64,000 nt of DNA from a virus. The stretch spans positions 64,001-128,000 of IMG/VR virus record IMGVR_UViG_3300022839_000007; one strand, given 5' to 3'. Below, in pieces: positions 29,102 to 38,991 of the stretch. Position 1 is the stretch's first letter, and each line of letters begins with the position of its first letter. Made by a program: the position numbers and the translations under genes. The notes below the pieces were generated by a model. It was not told the DNA's origin, searched no databases, and saw nothing but the letters and a program-made list of their open reading frames with translations.

Positions 29102-30847
29102 TCATTGTCGACTATTTTTTTGGTATATAAATGTAAGATTTCCTGAATCCCATATCCTATACAGTCCGTTGTTGTTCATATTTTGGGATTCGGTCAACTT
29201 TGCATCAAAAAATTGTAGTTGTTGCTGCAATTTATGTTTTTGGTATTGAATTCTATTTTGCATCCTACCATTGACTATGTACCAATAGTTTGGAGAAGTG
29301 GTGTGCAGAAATTTTAAATTGGTTTTGTGATATACTCCTCCGACTGAATACCTGCGATTAGCATAGGTTACGAAAGAGTCGTGCGGCTGGTGCTTGAATA
29401 TTTTGCTTGCACCTCCGGTTATTTGCATTCCTTTTTTGCTGCATAATCGTAACAGTTCAGTATTTACATTTTTAGAAAATCTTGATTTGCCGTAAGTTGC
29501 CAACAATACCAACTTATCTTGATAAAACAGTCCGTATTGATCCGATGATCCAATAGTACCACTTAGGTGATTTTGATCTAGAAACACTGTTGCTGTACTT
29601 TTTTGTACTGACCTAAATGTCGTATTTCGAGCACCGATTACTTCTTGATAAATTCCTAATCTAGACAGTATCATGCTTTTCCAAATAGAGTTTTTAATCA
29701 AGTCGTTCCATTCAGTGTCCCAAACATGCAGTAACTGAATGCCTTTTTCTTCGCATAGAACTGTTTTGTTCAAGTGGTAGTTTTTATTCTTTCCATGCTG
29801 CTCAGTGTGCCAATATACTCCATTAAATTCAATAGCCAAGTTATGATGTGGCATATAAAGATCTAGTTCTACGCCATTGAGTACACATCGATCACGATGT
29901 ATTGTTTCGATGCCGTTGTCCTCTAAAAACTGTTTGATCTCTAGTTCGCCTACTGACGTTCCGATCTTAACTTCTTTAAACGGCAGCTGATAGCGATCAG
30001 TGATATTAGTTATCACAGCCAACGAAACATTAGTCTCTTTGGCTAATGCTGTTCTCAACGCCGGGGTTTCTTTATTCTTGATATGATCAATTACATATTG
30101 ATATTGAGCTTGGTAATTTTTGTCTTTGCTGTTCTGTATTTTTTCAATCACACTTGCTAGTTGAGTCGAATGTTCAACTCCGTACTTGCTAAGTGTGCGT
30201 TGTCTTTTCTTTTGTTTGACCGATTGCGTTTTTTGTGGATGGCATCCGTATTTTTCGTCAAATGTCTTATGACGTGCGCTCTTCAGTTCTTCTGACTTTG
30301 ATTTTAACGTACTACTAATTTTTTGCTTTGTTTCTTCGAGGTGGACTGCATTGTCCACTCCGTATTTGTATAAGCAAGTTTCTTTAGCAAGACTTCTATT
30401 ATTATATACAGCATCGCCGTATTTTTTTAATTTAGTCTCGGCTCTTTTGGTCTTGCTAGTGTTGTCATTCCTTGAACACTGTATACTACAATGCTCTGAA
30501 AAAGTCTTGGTTGAGGAGTTAAAATACCTCACAGGATTGCCACAAATTTTACAACAAGGTACTACTATGTTATTTATTATGCAATGTATTGCAACTGACG
30601 TTTTTAAATTTGGAAATTCGATTGCAATACTATCTTTTATTTCTTGCGAAAGTATCTTTGTGATATTAGGATTGAGCTTTTTATTGTTAGTAAAAAGATT
30701 AGGGATACGAGTTAACGCATCCCTAATTTGCTTAATACTTGTTTTTTGATACGTGGTCTCTATATCGAGCGTCGTTTCGGTTCCATTGTTCGCCGGTGCC
30801 TTGCATGATGTCGATGCATCTATCAATGGTTTTACTGGTCCAGTCAC
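29102..30847 (-). mobile_element. Free-standing homing endonuclease, Hef-like (Zn finger + KYG repeats + PD-(D/E)xK-like nuclease)
   Basis: CKICG..CSIQC, repeated KYG units, ELDLY..LAIEFNGVYWH, ARN..FLDQNHL.G, RIWDSG; GTG start with AGGAG SD inside the upstream gene. Confidence 0.75.
30692..30727 (-). terminator. Intrinsic terminator after the glycosyltransferase gene
   Basis: ATTAGGGATGCG-ttaact-CGTATCCCTAAT-CTTTTT, 4 nt after the GT stop. Confidence 0.75.
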
Positions 30848-31898
30848 TGATTTCTCCTATTCGTGTATGCGGATTGTCCAGTAAGTTATCTAGTTTATTT
30901 GCAGCGTCTTCTACGCTCCACGGAACAAACAACCGTGTGTGGTCGTTGTTGAAAATTTCCGGAAAGCTTCGATATGCTGGATACAACACGTTACACCCAA
31001 GAGCGTCTGCTTCACTAACTGTATTACTAGTCCAATCCTGTAATGCATTATTTATCATTACACGACTATCATTGAGAATGTTATAGTAGTCATTCTTTTG
31101 TAGATTTTCGTATACTTTCAATACACCTCTACGGGCCAACTCGTTTGCACGTTTGATATACTTAGGATTATTTGAACGTAGCGGTCCGCCCTGCAATACA
31201 GCAAACTCTACATCTGTTTCTGCATATTGTTCGGCAAGATCCATATAAAAATCTGGTTGTTTCTCCTGATCCCACCGAGAAGAAAATACAACACGCATTT
31301 TACGTTCGTTAAACGGTATAATTCTGCTTACTCGTTCTTGCACTTCTGTTTTGTCAAATGCAAGCCCTGAAATGTTGTAAAGAGGAGCAGTCCAGTTTGC
31401 AATTTTCATGTTAGCAACCATTTCTTCATTGCTTGCTAATACCCCAGTAACAAACTCATTACACATTTGTTCATACAAGCTCATCCATTTACTCATGCCC
31501 CAAACATGAACAAAATCGTCAGGGTCAATACTTTGTGCTAAACAACGTACCCAGACCTTAGGACGCTGCTCGGCAGGAATCTGATTCATTATGTATGGCA
31601 ACGATTCCATTCCTGGTGCAAACATATCTTCAAAGAATACAACATCTTCTCCAGTACATTCACCGTTACGCATCATTTGCACAAGATTCATTATTTGACT
31701 CATACTAAAATAGCTGCGTCCGTGTGCATCTAACACTTGTCCAACACTAATGGTCTTGGTGTCATCAATTGTAGTACCGGGCACTATAACATAGTCGATT
31801 CCGCGTCGTTTAAAGGCGCGTTCGCTCCAGTCTTGTAATTGGTAAGTATACCTGGAGATATAACTCTCCAGGCCCATATAAAATAGTTTACGCATCAA
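30732..31898 (-). CDS. GT-B glycosyltransferase (GT4-like)
   Basis: FSSRWDQEKQP; LQDWTSNTVSEADALGC..YP..SFPE. Confidence 0.8.
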   Translation of the reverse strand: MMRKLFYMGLESYISRYTYQLQDWSERAFKRRGIDYVIVPGTTIDDTKTISVGQVLDAHGRSYFSMSQIMNLVQMMRNGECTGEDVVFFEDMFAPGMESLPYIMNQIPAEQRPKVWVRCLAQSIDPDDFVHVWGMSKWMSLYEQMCNEFVTGVLASNEEMVANMKIANWTAPLYNISGLAFDKTEVQERVSRIIPFNERKMRVVFSSRWDQEKQPDFYMDLAEQYAETDVEFAVLQGGPLRSNNPKYIKRANELARRGVLKVYENLQKNDYYNILNDSRVMINNALQDWTSNTVSEADALGCNVLYPAYRSFPEIFNNDHTRLFVPWSVEDAANKLDNLLDNPHTRIGEISDWTSKTIDRCIDIMQGTGEQWNRNDARYRDHVSKNKY

Positions 31899-32128
31899 CG
31901 CTTCCGATTGTTAATAACCGGACGTCCTTCGCGTTTTGCGCGAGCAACTGCCCGTTTCCATCCACGCCATTTTTTAAATGCGCCCCAAAGTCTCGACTTT
32001 TCGTCATACAACTCTGCCTCGTTAAATGGCAGTAAATTGCCAAATCGGTCTAGTTCAGTTGTACAATAATCGCGAAATTCTTCAAGATCGTCAAAAATAC
32101 GATTAACTACAGTATTGGTAATAGTCAT
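31895..32128 (-). CDS. Conserved small phage protein
   Basis: IFDDLEEFRDYC..FNEAELY; AAGGA SD. Confidence 0.7.
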   Translation of the reverse strand: MTITNTVVNRIFDDLEEFRDYCTTELDRFGNLLPFNEAELYDEKSRLWGAFKKWRGWKRAVARAKREGRPVINNRKR

Positions 32129-32163
32129 AGTAGCAGTCCTTGTGTTATGTGAAAGTATAATTA

Positions 32164-32192
32164 AGTATACAACAGATATTAGTATGCGTCAA
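32164..32192 (-). promoter_or_regulatory. sigma70-type promoter
   Basis: TTGACG-N17-TATACT. Confidence 0.6.
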
Positions 32193-32196
32193 CGAA

Positions 32197-32556
32197 TTAT
32201 GCCGGCGTATACTCAATAATACCGTCGCTTTCGCCATCTTCGGATATTACAATTTCGTAATATCGATCAGATCCATAGGAGGGAATAAGATGTTGTTTTA
32301 AAATATCATCGCCGATCATCTCGCAGCTTTTGTGATTCATGTTACCGGACTTAATAAACTCTTGCAATCGCCATTTAGTAAGAAAAAACTCTAGTTCTCT
32401 GTCCAAATGAGTAACTGAAATTTTAACCTCTACTTTGAACATATGTCTATGTTCAACTTCAAGAAACTTGATGCGAGAATCAATTTTTCCTGCGCCTGGA
32501 TAATAGTGAAAGCCTTCAAATTCTGTTCTAATTTTAATAAATGTCTTAGTTGTCAA
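32197..32556 (-). CDS. QueD-paralog T-fold protein, DpdL-like (putative CDG decarboxylase)
   Basis: EGFH..LEVEHRHMF (LxxxHRHxF instead of QueD CxxxHGH), SCEM, ISEDGE. Confidence 0.7.
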   Translation of the reverse strand: MTTKTFIKIRTEFEGFHYYPGAGKIDSRIKFLEVEHRHMFKVEVKISVTHLDRELEFFLTKWRLQEFIKSGNMNHKSCEMIGDDILKQHLIPSYGSDRYYEIVISEDGESDGIIEYTPA

Positions 32557-32573
32557 ACTATAATATCCTTGTG

Positions 32574-33098
32574 TTAAGTAATAATTTCGTCTGCAGTATA
32601 CTTACTCCAGTCGGTAAATGCAGTACGCGATGTTAGCTCGTTTAGTTTATGTACCCACACTCCTGGGTTTGTAGCATCAAACCCCTTGTCGTCAATTTTG
32701 AGACATGCATTATATCCAAGTTGCGCAATGTAAGGAATCTTAGCAGAAATCATTGGAATAAATCTATTGTGTTCAGTAAATCCAGTTTCGAGTAATCCCT
32801 CAACTTGACTAATGTCCACGTCTAGTGTAACCCAGAGTTTTTTCTCTAACAGTGGAAATATCATAGCTTCCCAAGGTGCCCACTGTTCAGAACTATTTTC
32901 TGTAACATCGAAGCTCATATTAGCACCGCAATACACGTGACTGCATCCATTAAAATTTGCAATGATTGCTACCTCGGCGGCATTTTTAATACCTACTACA
33001 AATAATGTTTTTTTACCATACCCTGGAGTATGTTCTACTTCGTTACCTACAAAATATTGCACATCTTCTTTTGTGCCTTGGTCGTAAACTCTTTTCAT
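32574..33098 (-). CDS. Conserved hypothetical protein in deazaguanine locus
   Basis: GNEVEHTP..KTLFVVG..KIDD..F.ATNPGVW. Confidence 0.75.
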   Translation of the reverse strand: MKRVYDQGTKEDVQYFVGNEVEHTPGYGKKTLFVVGIKNAAEVAIIANFNGCSHVYCGANMSFDVTENSSEQWAPWEAMIFPLLEKKLWVTLDVDISQVEGLLETGFTEHNRFIPMISAKIPYIAQLGYNACLKIDDKGFDATNPGVWVHKLNELTSRTAFTDWSKYTADEIIT

Positions 33099-33174
33099 AT
33101 ATCTACCTTGTGCTTGTGTACTACTATAATACATGCTAGTTGTAAATATTACAACCGCTAATACCTAAAAGTTG

Positions 33175-34725
33175 TTAATCAAACAATTCGTTAAATTTAG
33201 TACTAGCATTTACAGTTTTTTTGCCAATATTAAGACGAGTACCAATTACCTGCATCCAAAATCGATCATATTTTTCAACTACTTCCAACGCGGATTCTCT
33301 TGTTGTCTTAGAAAAGATTTCGTCTATTGCGTCTCTAAATTTCAGTCCTGACATTCCCCATTTATCATCAATAAGCATATAAGGGAATTTGCCTGCATCG
33401 TATTCTCTATTAGCGCGTTGTGTACTTTCTACATGCATCCAAACATTGTGTCCCATTTGCAATGCATAGCTGAAACTATCCCAGCTGGTTGAATCCTTAG
33501 TTCGTATGATCTGGTCTCCGTACTTGTCTAGCAATGGAATTCCGGTCTTGTCTAATTCAGGATCTCCTTTGTTAACTTTGATACTACCTACTTTATTAGT
33601 GTCCCCCGGTGCATAGATACAGACGTCGTTCATTTTAAGTATATTGCTAATTGGTGAATTTTCAAAAGATTTAAGTATATTGTCTTGCACAACTGCATCG
33701 CTAAACTTTCGAATATCGGAAGAGTACTTTAATGCATCGGCGCCCGGAGCCATCATATAACTCCATTTTCCGCGATCCTCGATACGAATACTGTGATAAA
33801 TTTGTCCATTTGCAGTAGCAAGGAATGGACTTGCACAATCATATGTAATCATAAAGTTTTTATTATGATATTTACGGATAGCACGTTGAATATCAGTAAG
33901 CAGAATTGCCCACTCTAATTTACTAGTACCAAGAAAATGCATTACATCGTGCAATCCTTCTTCTAATAGCCCGTCGTATATCATATGAACTAACCTACGA
34001 AGAATCAAATGAACATCGCACATATTCTGCCCACCCATTGCCCATCCATTAAAGTAAGTGCCGGGGTATTTTGTAGGATCGCAATAGTCTTTAAATTCAT
34101 TATACCAGCCATCGGCATCGGCATGGTTACTACCTTGCAATACATTGAGTACTTTAAAATTACCACGACGATTTGCCATGTAATATCTTGCATTAATATG
34201 CGTAGCATCAACTGCATCTTGATAACTGTGAATTCCGGCAGCAGCGGCAGCCTTTGGATCCTGAAAGGTCCATGTTGGAATATCCAACATCATTCCGTAA
34301 TCCATATATTCTTCCATCCAGTCTACAACTAATTTGCGTTTTTTAGCAGCAAGCGGACAATTGGGGTCCGCCCACTTTCCTGGCCATAATCCTTTAGCTA
34401 TCTGGAATCCTCCAGAGTCACCTAACAGCCACGAACTGTCTCTATCTCGGTTACGCACCATATCTTCTTTTTCGCTAAATTTGTTAATATCAAGTTCGGC
34501 ATGACCTGCAGAATACAGTGCCCATTTATATTGAAACGCACCTTTCGAGGGATTTAAAAAATTTAATCCCTCAACTCCGCCTAGCCCTATAGGGATTCTT
34601 GCAGTATCTACATATTCTCCGTATCTCTGCTTACCTATAAAAGTTCCGTAAAATCCACTAATGCTCGGTAAGAAGTAAGCATAATCATTTTGTGTCGATG
34701 TTAAATCGGTATTAATTTTTGTCAT
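33175..34725 (-). CDS. dpdA: TGT-fold DNA 7-deazaguanine transglycosylase (DpdA-like)
   Basis: GDSGGFQ, LDIP, VLQG, GWAMGG, HFLG, YDCASPF; context with folE/queE. Confidence 0.75.
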   Translation of the reverse strand: MTKINTDLTSTQNDYAYFLPSISGFYGTFIGKQRYGEYVDTARIPIGLGGVEGLNFLNPSKGAFQYKWALYSAGHAELDINKFSEKEDMVRNRDRDSSWLLGDSGGFQIAKGLWPGKWADPNCPLAAKKRKLVVDWMEEYMDYGMMLDIPTWTFQDPKAAAAAGIHSYQDAVDATHINARYYMANRRGNFKVLNVLQGSNHADADGWYNEFKDYCDPTKYPGTYFNGWAMGGQNMCDVHLILRRLVHMIYDGLLEEGLHDVMHFLGTSKLEWAILLTDIQRAIRKYHNKNFMITYDCASPFLATANGQIYHSIRIEDRGKWSYMMAPGADALKYSSDIRKFSDAVVQDNILKSFENSPISNILKMNDVCIYAPGDTNKVGSIKVNKGDPELDKTGIPLLDKYGDQIIRTKDSTSWDSFSYALQMGHNVWMHVESTQRANREYDAGKFPYMLIDDKWGMSGLKFRDAIDEIFSKTTRESALEVVEKYDRFWMQVIGTRLNIGKKTVNASTKFNELFD

Positions 34726-34757
34726 ATATCTGCGTTCTTCCTAGTGGAATCTTTAAT

Positions 34758-35156
34758 TTATACAGTTTTTATATTTTTTAGAACCGCGGTTATTTCGTTA
34801 ATTGAGTCAATCGTGGACGTAGTAGTGTACGAACTGGGAGGCGCGCCTGTAATTCCGCCGCCCAAAGTATACGTATTCGAATTGTATGCAGGATACGGGT
34901 ACGGACTAGCTGCAGGATACGTGTATACACTAGATTTAGAATTACTAGCATGTTGCAAGTCTTTTACCCTGCGTTCTAATAGATCAACTTTAATAATAAG
35001 CCCCTCTAGCGGTCCTGTAGTAGCATTATCTTTGCAAGGATGAACCATAGCTGCTATTATCATGAAATTACGTAATGCAGCTTTTACTGCAGGGTTGTCT
35101 GATGCAAGTGCTGCATCAAACATTTTAGCAAATTCTTCAAAACTAAAATCTGTCAT
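34758..35156 (-). CDS. Hypothetical protein
   Basis: FAKMFDAALASDNPAV; low-complexity C-terminus. Confidence 0.65.
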   Translation of the reverse strand: MTDFSFEEFAKMFDAALASDNPAVKAALRNFMIIAAMVHPCKDNATTGPLEGLIIKVDLLERRVKDLQHASNSKSSVYTYPAASPYPYPAYNSNTYTLGGGITGAPPSSYTTTSTIDSINEITAVLKNIKTV

Positions 35157-35158
35157 TT

Positions 35159-35887
35159 TTATTTTACCTGAGCAGGAAGAATATAATCGTATGTCGCCAT
35201 GCCTGAATTTACACTAATTTTCATAGCACCTTGACCGGTAATACTCATTACTTTGTCGCCGTTTAATTCAAGAATGGCAATTGTTTGCGCAACTGGCCAC
35301 GAATGGACATGCGATAGCTTTCCTGAAATACCACGATGAAAAGTAAACTTACCAGCATGTGTACTCGAGTCGCCAAAGTAAAAATTAAGATCTCCATTTT
35401 CTATTTTAACTCGAAATACAGATTCTTCACTGTGTGCTCCTGCCATTAATTTCATTCGAGCAATATTAGCAAGAGATGGTTCAATTTCTACTTCCCAACT
35501 TTTGCCGTTATATGTTGCACTTTTTAACTTTTCTTCAATTGTAGCAGTATTCATAAAACAATAGTCGTTTTGAAAATCACCGCTGCTATTTTTAAAATGC
35601 ATGTGAGTAGGAAGAACTACCCCATTGCGTTCGTCTTGGACTACTTCAATTGTTGCATTATCTTTGTATTCTGGATTTTTGAGATGATACGCAAGCTTTC
35701 CTAAGTCGGGCATACCAAAAGTACCAATAAACTCACCGACTGGAGTTTTTGTAACAGCCTTCATAATAACGCTGCGGTCTTCGGTCATTGCTTCGATAAC
35801 TGTAGTATCTTCAGCAGTGACTTTGAGTATAGTAATAAAGCCCAACGAATGTGTATGGCTTACAATGTCTTTTAAAATATCTTTCAT
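35159..35887 (-). CDS. DNA sliding clamp (putative)
   Basis: 242 aa, beta-rich, MKDILKDIVSHT..YDYILPA; near polB; clamp loader also in window. Confidence 0.65.
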   Translation of the reverse strand: MKDILKDIVSHTHSLGFITILKVTAEDTTVIEAMTEDRSVIMKAVTKTPVGEFIGTFGMPDLGKLAYHLKNPEYKDNATIEVVQDERNGVVLPTHMHFKNSSGDFQNDYCFMNTATIEEKLKSATYNGKSWEVEIEPSLANIARMKLMAGAHSEESVFRVKIENGDLNFYFGDSSTHAGKFTFHRGISGKLSHVHSWPVAQTIAILELNGDKVMSITGQGAMKISVNSGMATYDYILPAQVK

Positions 35888-35906
35888 GTGTTCTCCTGTT
35901 AATTTA

Positions 35907-35935
35907 ATTTTATATTAATTATCATAGTTTGTCAA
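35907..35935 (-). promoter_or_regulatory. sigma70-type promoter
   Basis: TTGACA-N17-TAAAAT, AGGAG SD downstream. Confidence 0.6.
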
Positions 35936-36678
35936 GTAATTTTTTTAATTATTTTATTATAATCTACTGCTGCTTCAATCGTATTTAGGTTAATATTGTT
36001 ATCTGCTGCCATTTTTAAAAGAGCAGCAGTGTCTTTAGGAAAGCACATTCCGTTCCATCCGCGCTGTTCTACATATGTATGGCTATGCCCAATCCGTACA
36101 TCCTCGGCAATGCCAGCTCTAACTTGATCAAAATCAATACCAGTTGCTGCACACATATCGTATACGTGATTAAAGAAGCTAACTTTTGTAGCAAGAAATG
36201 CATTTCTAAAGTATTTGATCATAATTGCTTCCTCGGGCAATATAATATGCTGTTTTATATGAGGTGCCATTGTACGGTATTGGTCTGCCCAATAGTTACA
36301 ATTTCCACTAAGTATAACAGTGTCGGTATTTTTGATATCATTCAGATAATTACCGGCACGTAAAAACTCTGGACTAAAGCATAACTCTTTTTGTGGAAAT
36401 GTTTCTTTTAATATATTCCATCCGTCTAAGCTAATGGTGCTTTTGATTAATATTCTAGCGTGATCCGGTACTGCTTGTACAACCTCCATAACATCACTAA
36501 TATCGCAGGCACCGTCGATGCCTTGAGGAGTAGGAACACATACAATAAGTTGAGTAGTGTCCTGCCCAATGGTATTTTGATTATATTTTGGATCGACAAT
36601 TTTAATCTGGTCACCCCATCCTTTAAAAAATATTTCGTATGCCTTGCCTACAAATCCGTATCCTGCAATAATCATCAT
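35932..36678 (-). CDS. UDP-glucose/GDP-mannose dehydrogenase family (short form lacking C-terminal domain)
   Basis: GYGFVG, CVPTP, KST, PEFL, KYFRN, GMCFPKD. Confidence 0.85.
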   Translation of the reverse strand: MMIIAGYGFVGKAYEIFFKGWGDQIKIVDPKYNQNTIGQDTTQLIVCVPTPQGIDGACDISDVMEVVQAVPDHARILIKSTISLDGWNILKETFPQKELCFSPEFLRAGNYLNDIKNTDTVILSGNCNYWADQYRTMAPHIKQHIILPEEAIMIKYFRNAFLATKVSFFNHVYDMCAATGIDFDQVRAGIAEDVRIGHSHTYVEQRGWNGMCFPKDTAALLKMAADNNINLNTIEAAVDYNKIIKKIT

Positions 36679-37385
36679 TGTGCTATTTTTTCCTCTTGTA
36701 AATATATAAGATGTTTGTATGTATCTCTCCAACTCTTTACTTGATAGGAGTTTTGTACTAGTATTGCCAGCGGCGCGTCGTTGCCGCCGGGCATTGTTTT
36801 GTCACCAAAGAAATAAATATTATCCACACTTGTATCAAAGTCCTTAATAATTTGACTTTTGTCATATCCAGTTGGGTATATATCTATGCCTGTGTCGCCA
36901 CCAATAACAGCAGTAAGGTCCTTATAAGCCATGTTAAATTGTAAAGCAATACTTTCTCGTTCTTGTTGCTTAATATCCCATGCTATATACTCGTTACGTT
37001 GCGCGATTGTTGCTCCTCTTCCTATAATACTAAAGTTTACAGTGCCAGGACGTTCTTCGATGTGTGTACCTGTACGTATAGGAAACTTGCTAATTTCTAA
37101 ACAATATTCTAAGGTTCTGCGACATTTATTTGGTAACGTCCAATTGTTTCTTTTTATATTTTTACCATGTTGCCACACATCATTTCCTGAGCAGTTGTAT
37201 ACTGTAGTTACATTGTTTACAATATAATCTCCAAGTTGGTCTATAGTTTTTTGATGGTCGCTTCCGGTAACAATATACACATCGTTGTCTGTGCAGAAAC
37301 TATGAAAAAAATTCTTGAATACAGGATTAATTAGTTGTCTGCTAGGAGTAAGGGTTCCGTCTACATCAAATATAAACTTATTCAT
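36675..37385 (-). CDS. HAD-IIB phosphomannomutase-like
   Basis: FDVDGTLT, VTGSD, IEER..NFS..GR, FFGDK..GGND. Confidence 0.85.
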   Translation of the reverse strand: MNKFIFDVDGTLTPSRQLINPVFKNFFHSFCTDNDVYIVTGSDHQKTIDQLGDYIVNNVTTVYNCSGNDVWQHGKNIKRNNWTLPNKCRRTLEYCLEISKFPIRTGTHIEERPGTVNFSIIGRGATIAQRNEYIAWDIKQQERESIALQFNMAYKDLTAVIGGDTGIDIYPTGYDKSQIIKDFDTSVDNIYFFGDKTMPGGNDAPLAILVQNSYQVKSWRDTYKHLIYLQEEKIAQ

Positions 37386-37800
37386 TTTTTTCACATTTTG
37401 CAACTCGTCTGCGTAGGTCACTAGTACTAAATCTGTGATCACGCTTGTTAAAATGTAAGTCTATGCCTCGTTTGCGACAAATATCTTTGCCGCTAAACTC
37501 CTTCTCTCGATATTCCTCTCCAAGGAATCGAACATCAATTTGAAACAATTCTAATATGTCAACTAGATCCTGCTCTGTTTGATAAGGTACTATTTCGTCA
37601 ACAAACTTAAGAGCATTTAATTGTGCATATCTCTCTACTAATGTTTGCACAGGTTTATTTTTTTCTGTTGGGCGATCTATTGTAGGATCAGTTTGTAATC
37701 CTACAATAAGATAATCGCAATTTGATCTTGCTTCACGCAACATCCCAATGTGTCCTGCATGAAGCAAATCAAATGAACTAAACGTAATACCTACTTTCAT
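37378..37800 (-). CDS. Cytidylyltransferase (TagD-like)
   Basis: FDLLHAGH, ERYAQL, FSTSDLR. Confidence 0.85.
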   Translation of the reverse strand: MKVGITFSSFDLLHAGHIGMLREARSNCDYLIVGLQTDPTIDRPTEKNKPVQTLVERYAQLNALKFVDEIVPYQTEQDLVDILELFQIDVRFLGEEYREKEFSGKDICRKRGIDLHFNKRDHRFSTSDLRRRVAKCEKNE

Positions 37801-37805
37801 ATTTA

Positions 37806-38882
37806 TTACCAACTAAACAAATTGCTAAATGTATTATGACGTTTAGTACTTTCTAAGTCGTAGTTTAGCACACCAATTAAGTTGTCTAATTTATTATCAA
37901 TAATTACTTCTTCCATTGCACTGTCGTCAAATGGCAATTCCTTAAACCATGCCGGCATACGCATTTCGTCAGTAGGATATGCAACGCTAGTAAATCCCAA
38001 CGGATTAGCTTTAACTTTACAAACGATTACTTTCATTCCGTCGACAATTTCTTGAGAATAACGATCGCCGTTCATTCTTTTAAGTGTGTTCCAGTTAATG
38101 CTTGCTCTAACATGTCCTGGCATGTTTGCCTTGCCTTGTTTTTCTTCCAGTCGCTGATAGTGCAAAATATTGTTTGCACGTTTAGGAGATCCCTTTTCGT
38201 ATCCAGGCCGATCTTTAAATTCTTTACGAAATTCAGTGATTGCATCTAGAATATCACTCTCGTTGGCTTTTTGTAAAACCATCATCAATAAAGTGCTAAG
38301 GAAAGTTTGCATAAACAAAGGAGTGTCCGATCTCTTGAGATCTAACCCCATAGCTTTAACTTTACCGGGTTTTCCGTCGACGTCTTTTCTATGTCCTTCA
38401 ACATCAATAACCAGTGCAGCATATCGTTTTTTAGTAATGAACAACCCGGTTTCTGCAACAATTTCTCGTCCAGCTGCAATAACGTCGGACCTAGACTTAG
38501 GGCAATGAAATGCTTGTGCCATAAATTTTTCAAACGTTGTATTTGCTTGATCAGCAACTTGATCATATAGTTTAATGGCGTTTTCTTTATTCCACGGAAC
38601 TTTTCCTGCTGCTACATCGTCTTTTATCATCGGCCATGCACTGAAATATACCGAGTTATGTATTAGGATGTTGTTAGCAAAGAACCAGGGCTGGTCGCTA
38701 TTTTTCATTCCTATATCATATACATATTCGTCGTTGGCTTTTCGAACTTTAGTAACTCTTTTAACTTTGCTTCGAGATAGACTTAGTTTTTTAGATCCAA
38801 CCTCATTGAGAAATTCCTTTACTGCAAAAGCAACTTCCTCTTTAGTTGTTGCTGATAATATCTTGATTAAGTTATCTTTCAT
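37806..38882 (-). CDS. DNA polymerase B C-terminal segment preceded by C-intein
   Basis: VYDIG..FFANNILIHN|SVYF, then KKRYA, KAMGLDLKRSD. Confidence 0.9.
   Translation of the reverse strand: MKDNLIKILSATTKEEVAFAVKEFLNEVGSKKLSLSRSKVKRVTKVRKANDEYVYDIGMKNSDQPWFFANNILIHNSVYFSAWPMIKDDVAAGKVPWNKENAIKLYDQVADQANTTFEKFMAQAFHCPKSRSDVIAAGREIVAETGLFITKKRYAALVIDVEGHRKDVDGKPGKVKAMGLDLKRSDTPLFMQTFLSTLLMMVLQKANESDILDAITEFRKEFKDRPGYEKGSPKRANNILHYQRLEEKQGKANMPGHVRASINWNTLKRMNGDRYSQEIVDGMKVIVCKVKANPLGFTSVAYPTDEMRMPAWFKELPFDDSAMEEVIIDNKLDNLIGVLNYDLESTKRHNTFSNLFSW
38655..38882 (-). other. Split intein, C-fragment (76 aa)
   Basis: Block F VYDI, block G HN, +1 Ser; basic. Confidence 0.9.
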
Positions 38883-38991
38883 TCATTCTACCATTTTAAT
38901 ATCTGTTGTTCTACTAGGTTAGTATTTGCTGTGTAGTGGACTAACCCGCTTTTTTGCCGTTACGTTTGATTGTTTAATAATAAAATTTAAA

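Noticed and set aside
29102-30847. Endonuclease as an intron-encoded ORF
   Set aside because: The flanking GT and epimerase are complete and no group I core elements flank it
32197-32556. Canonical queD
   Set aside because: It lacks the CxxxHGH motif and has LxxxHRHxF, so it is called a paralog
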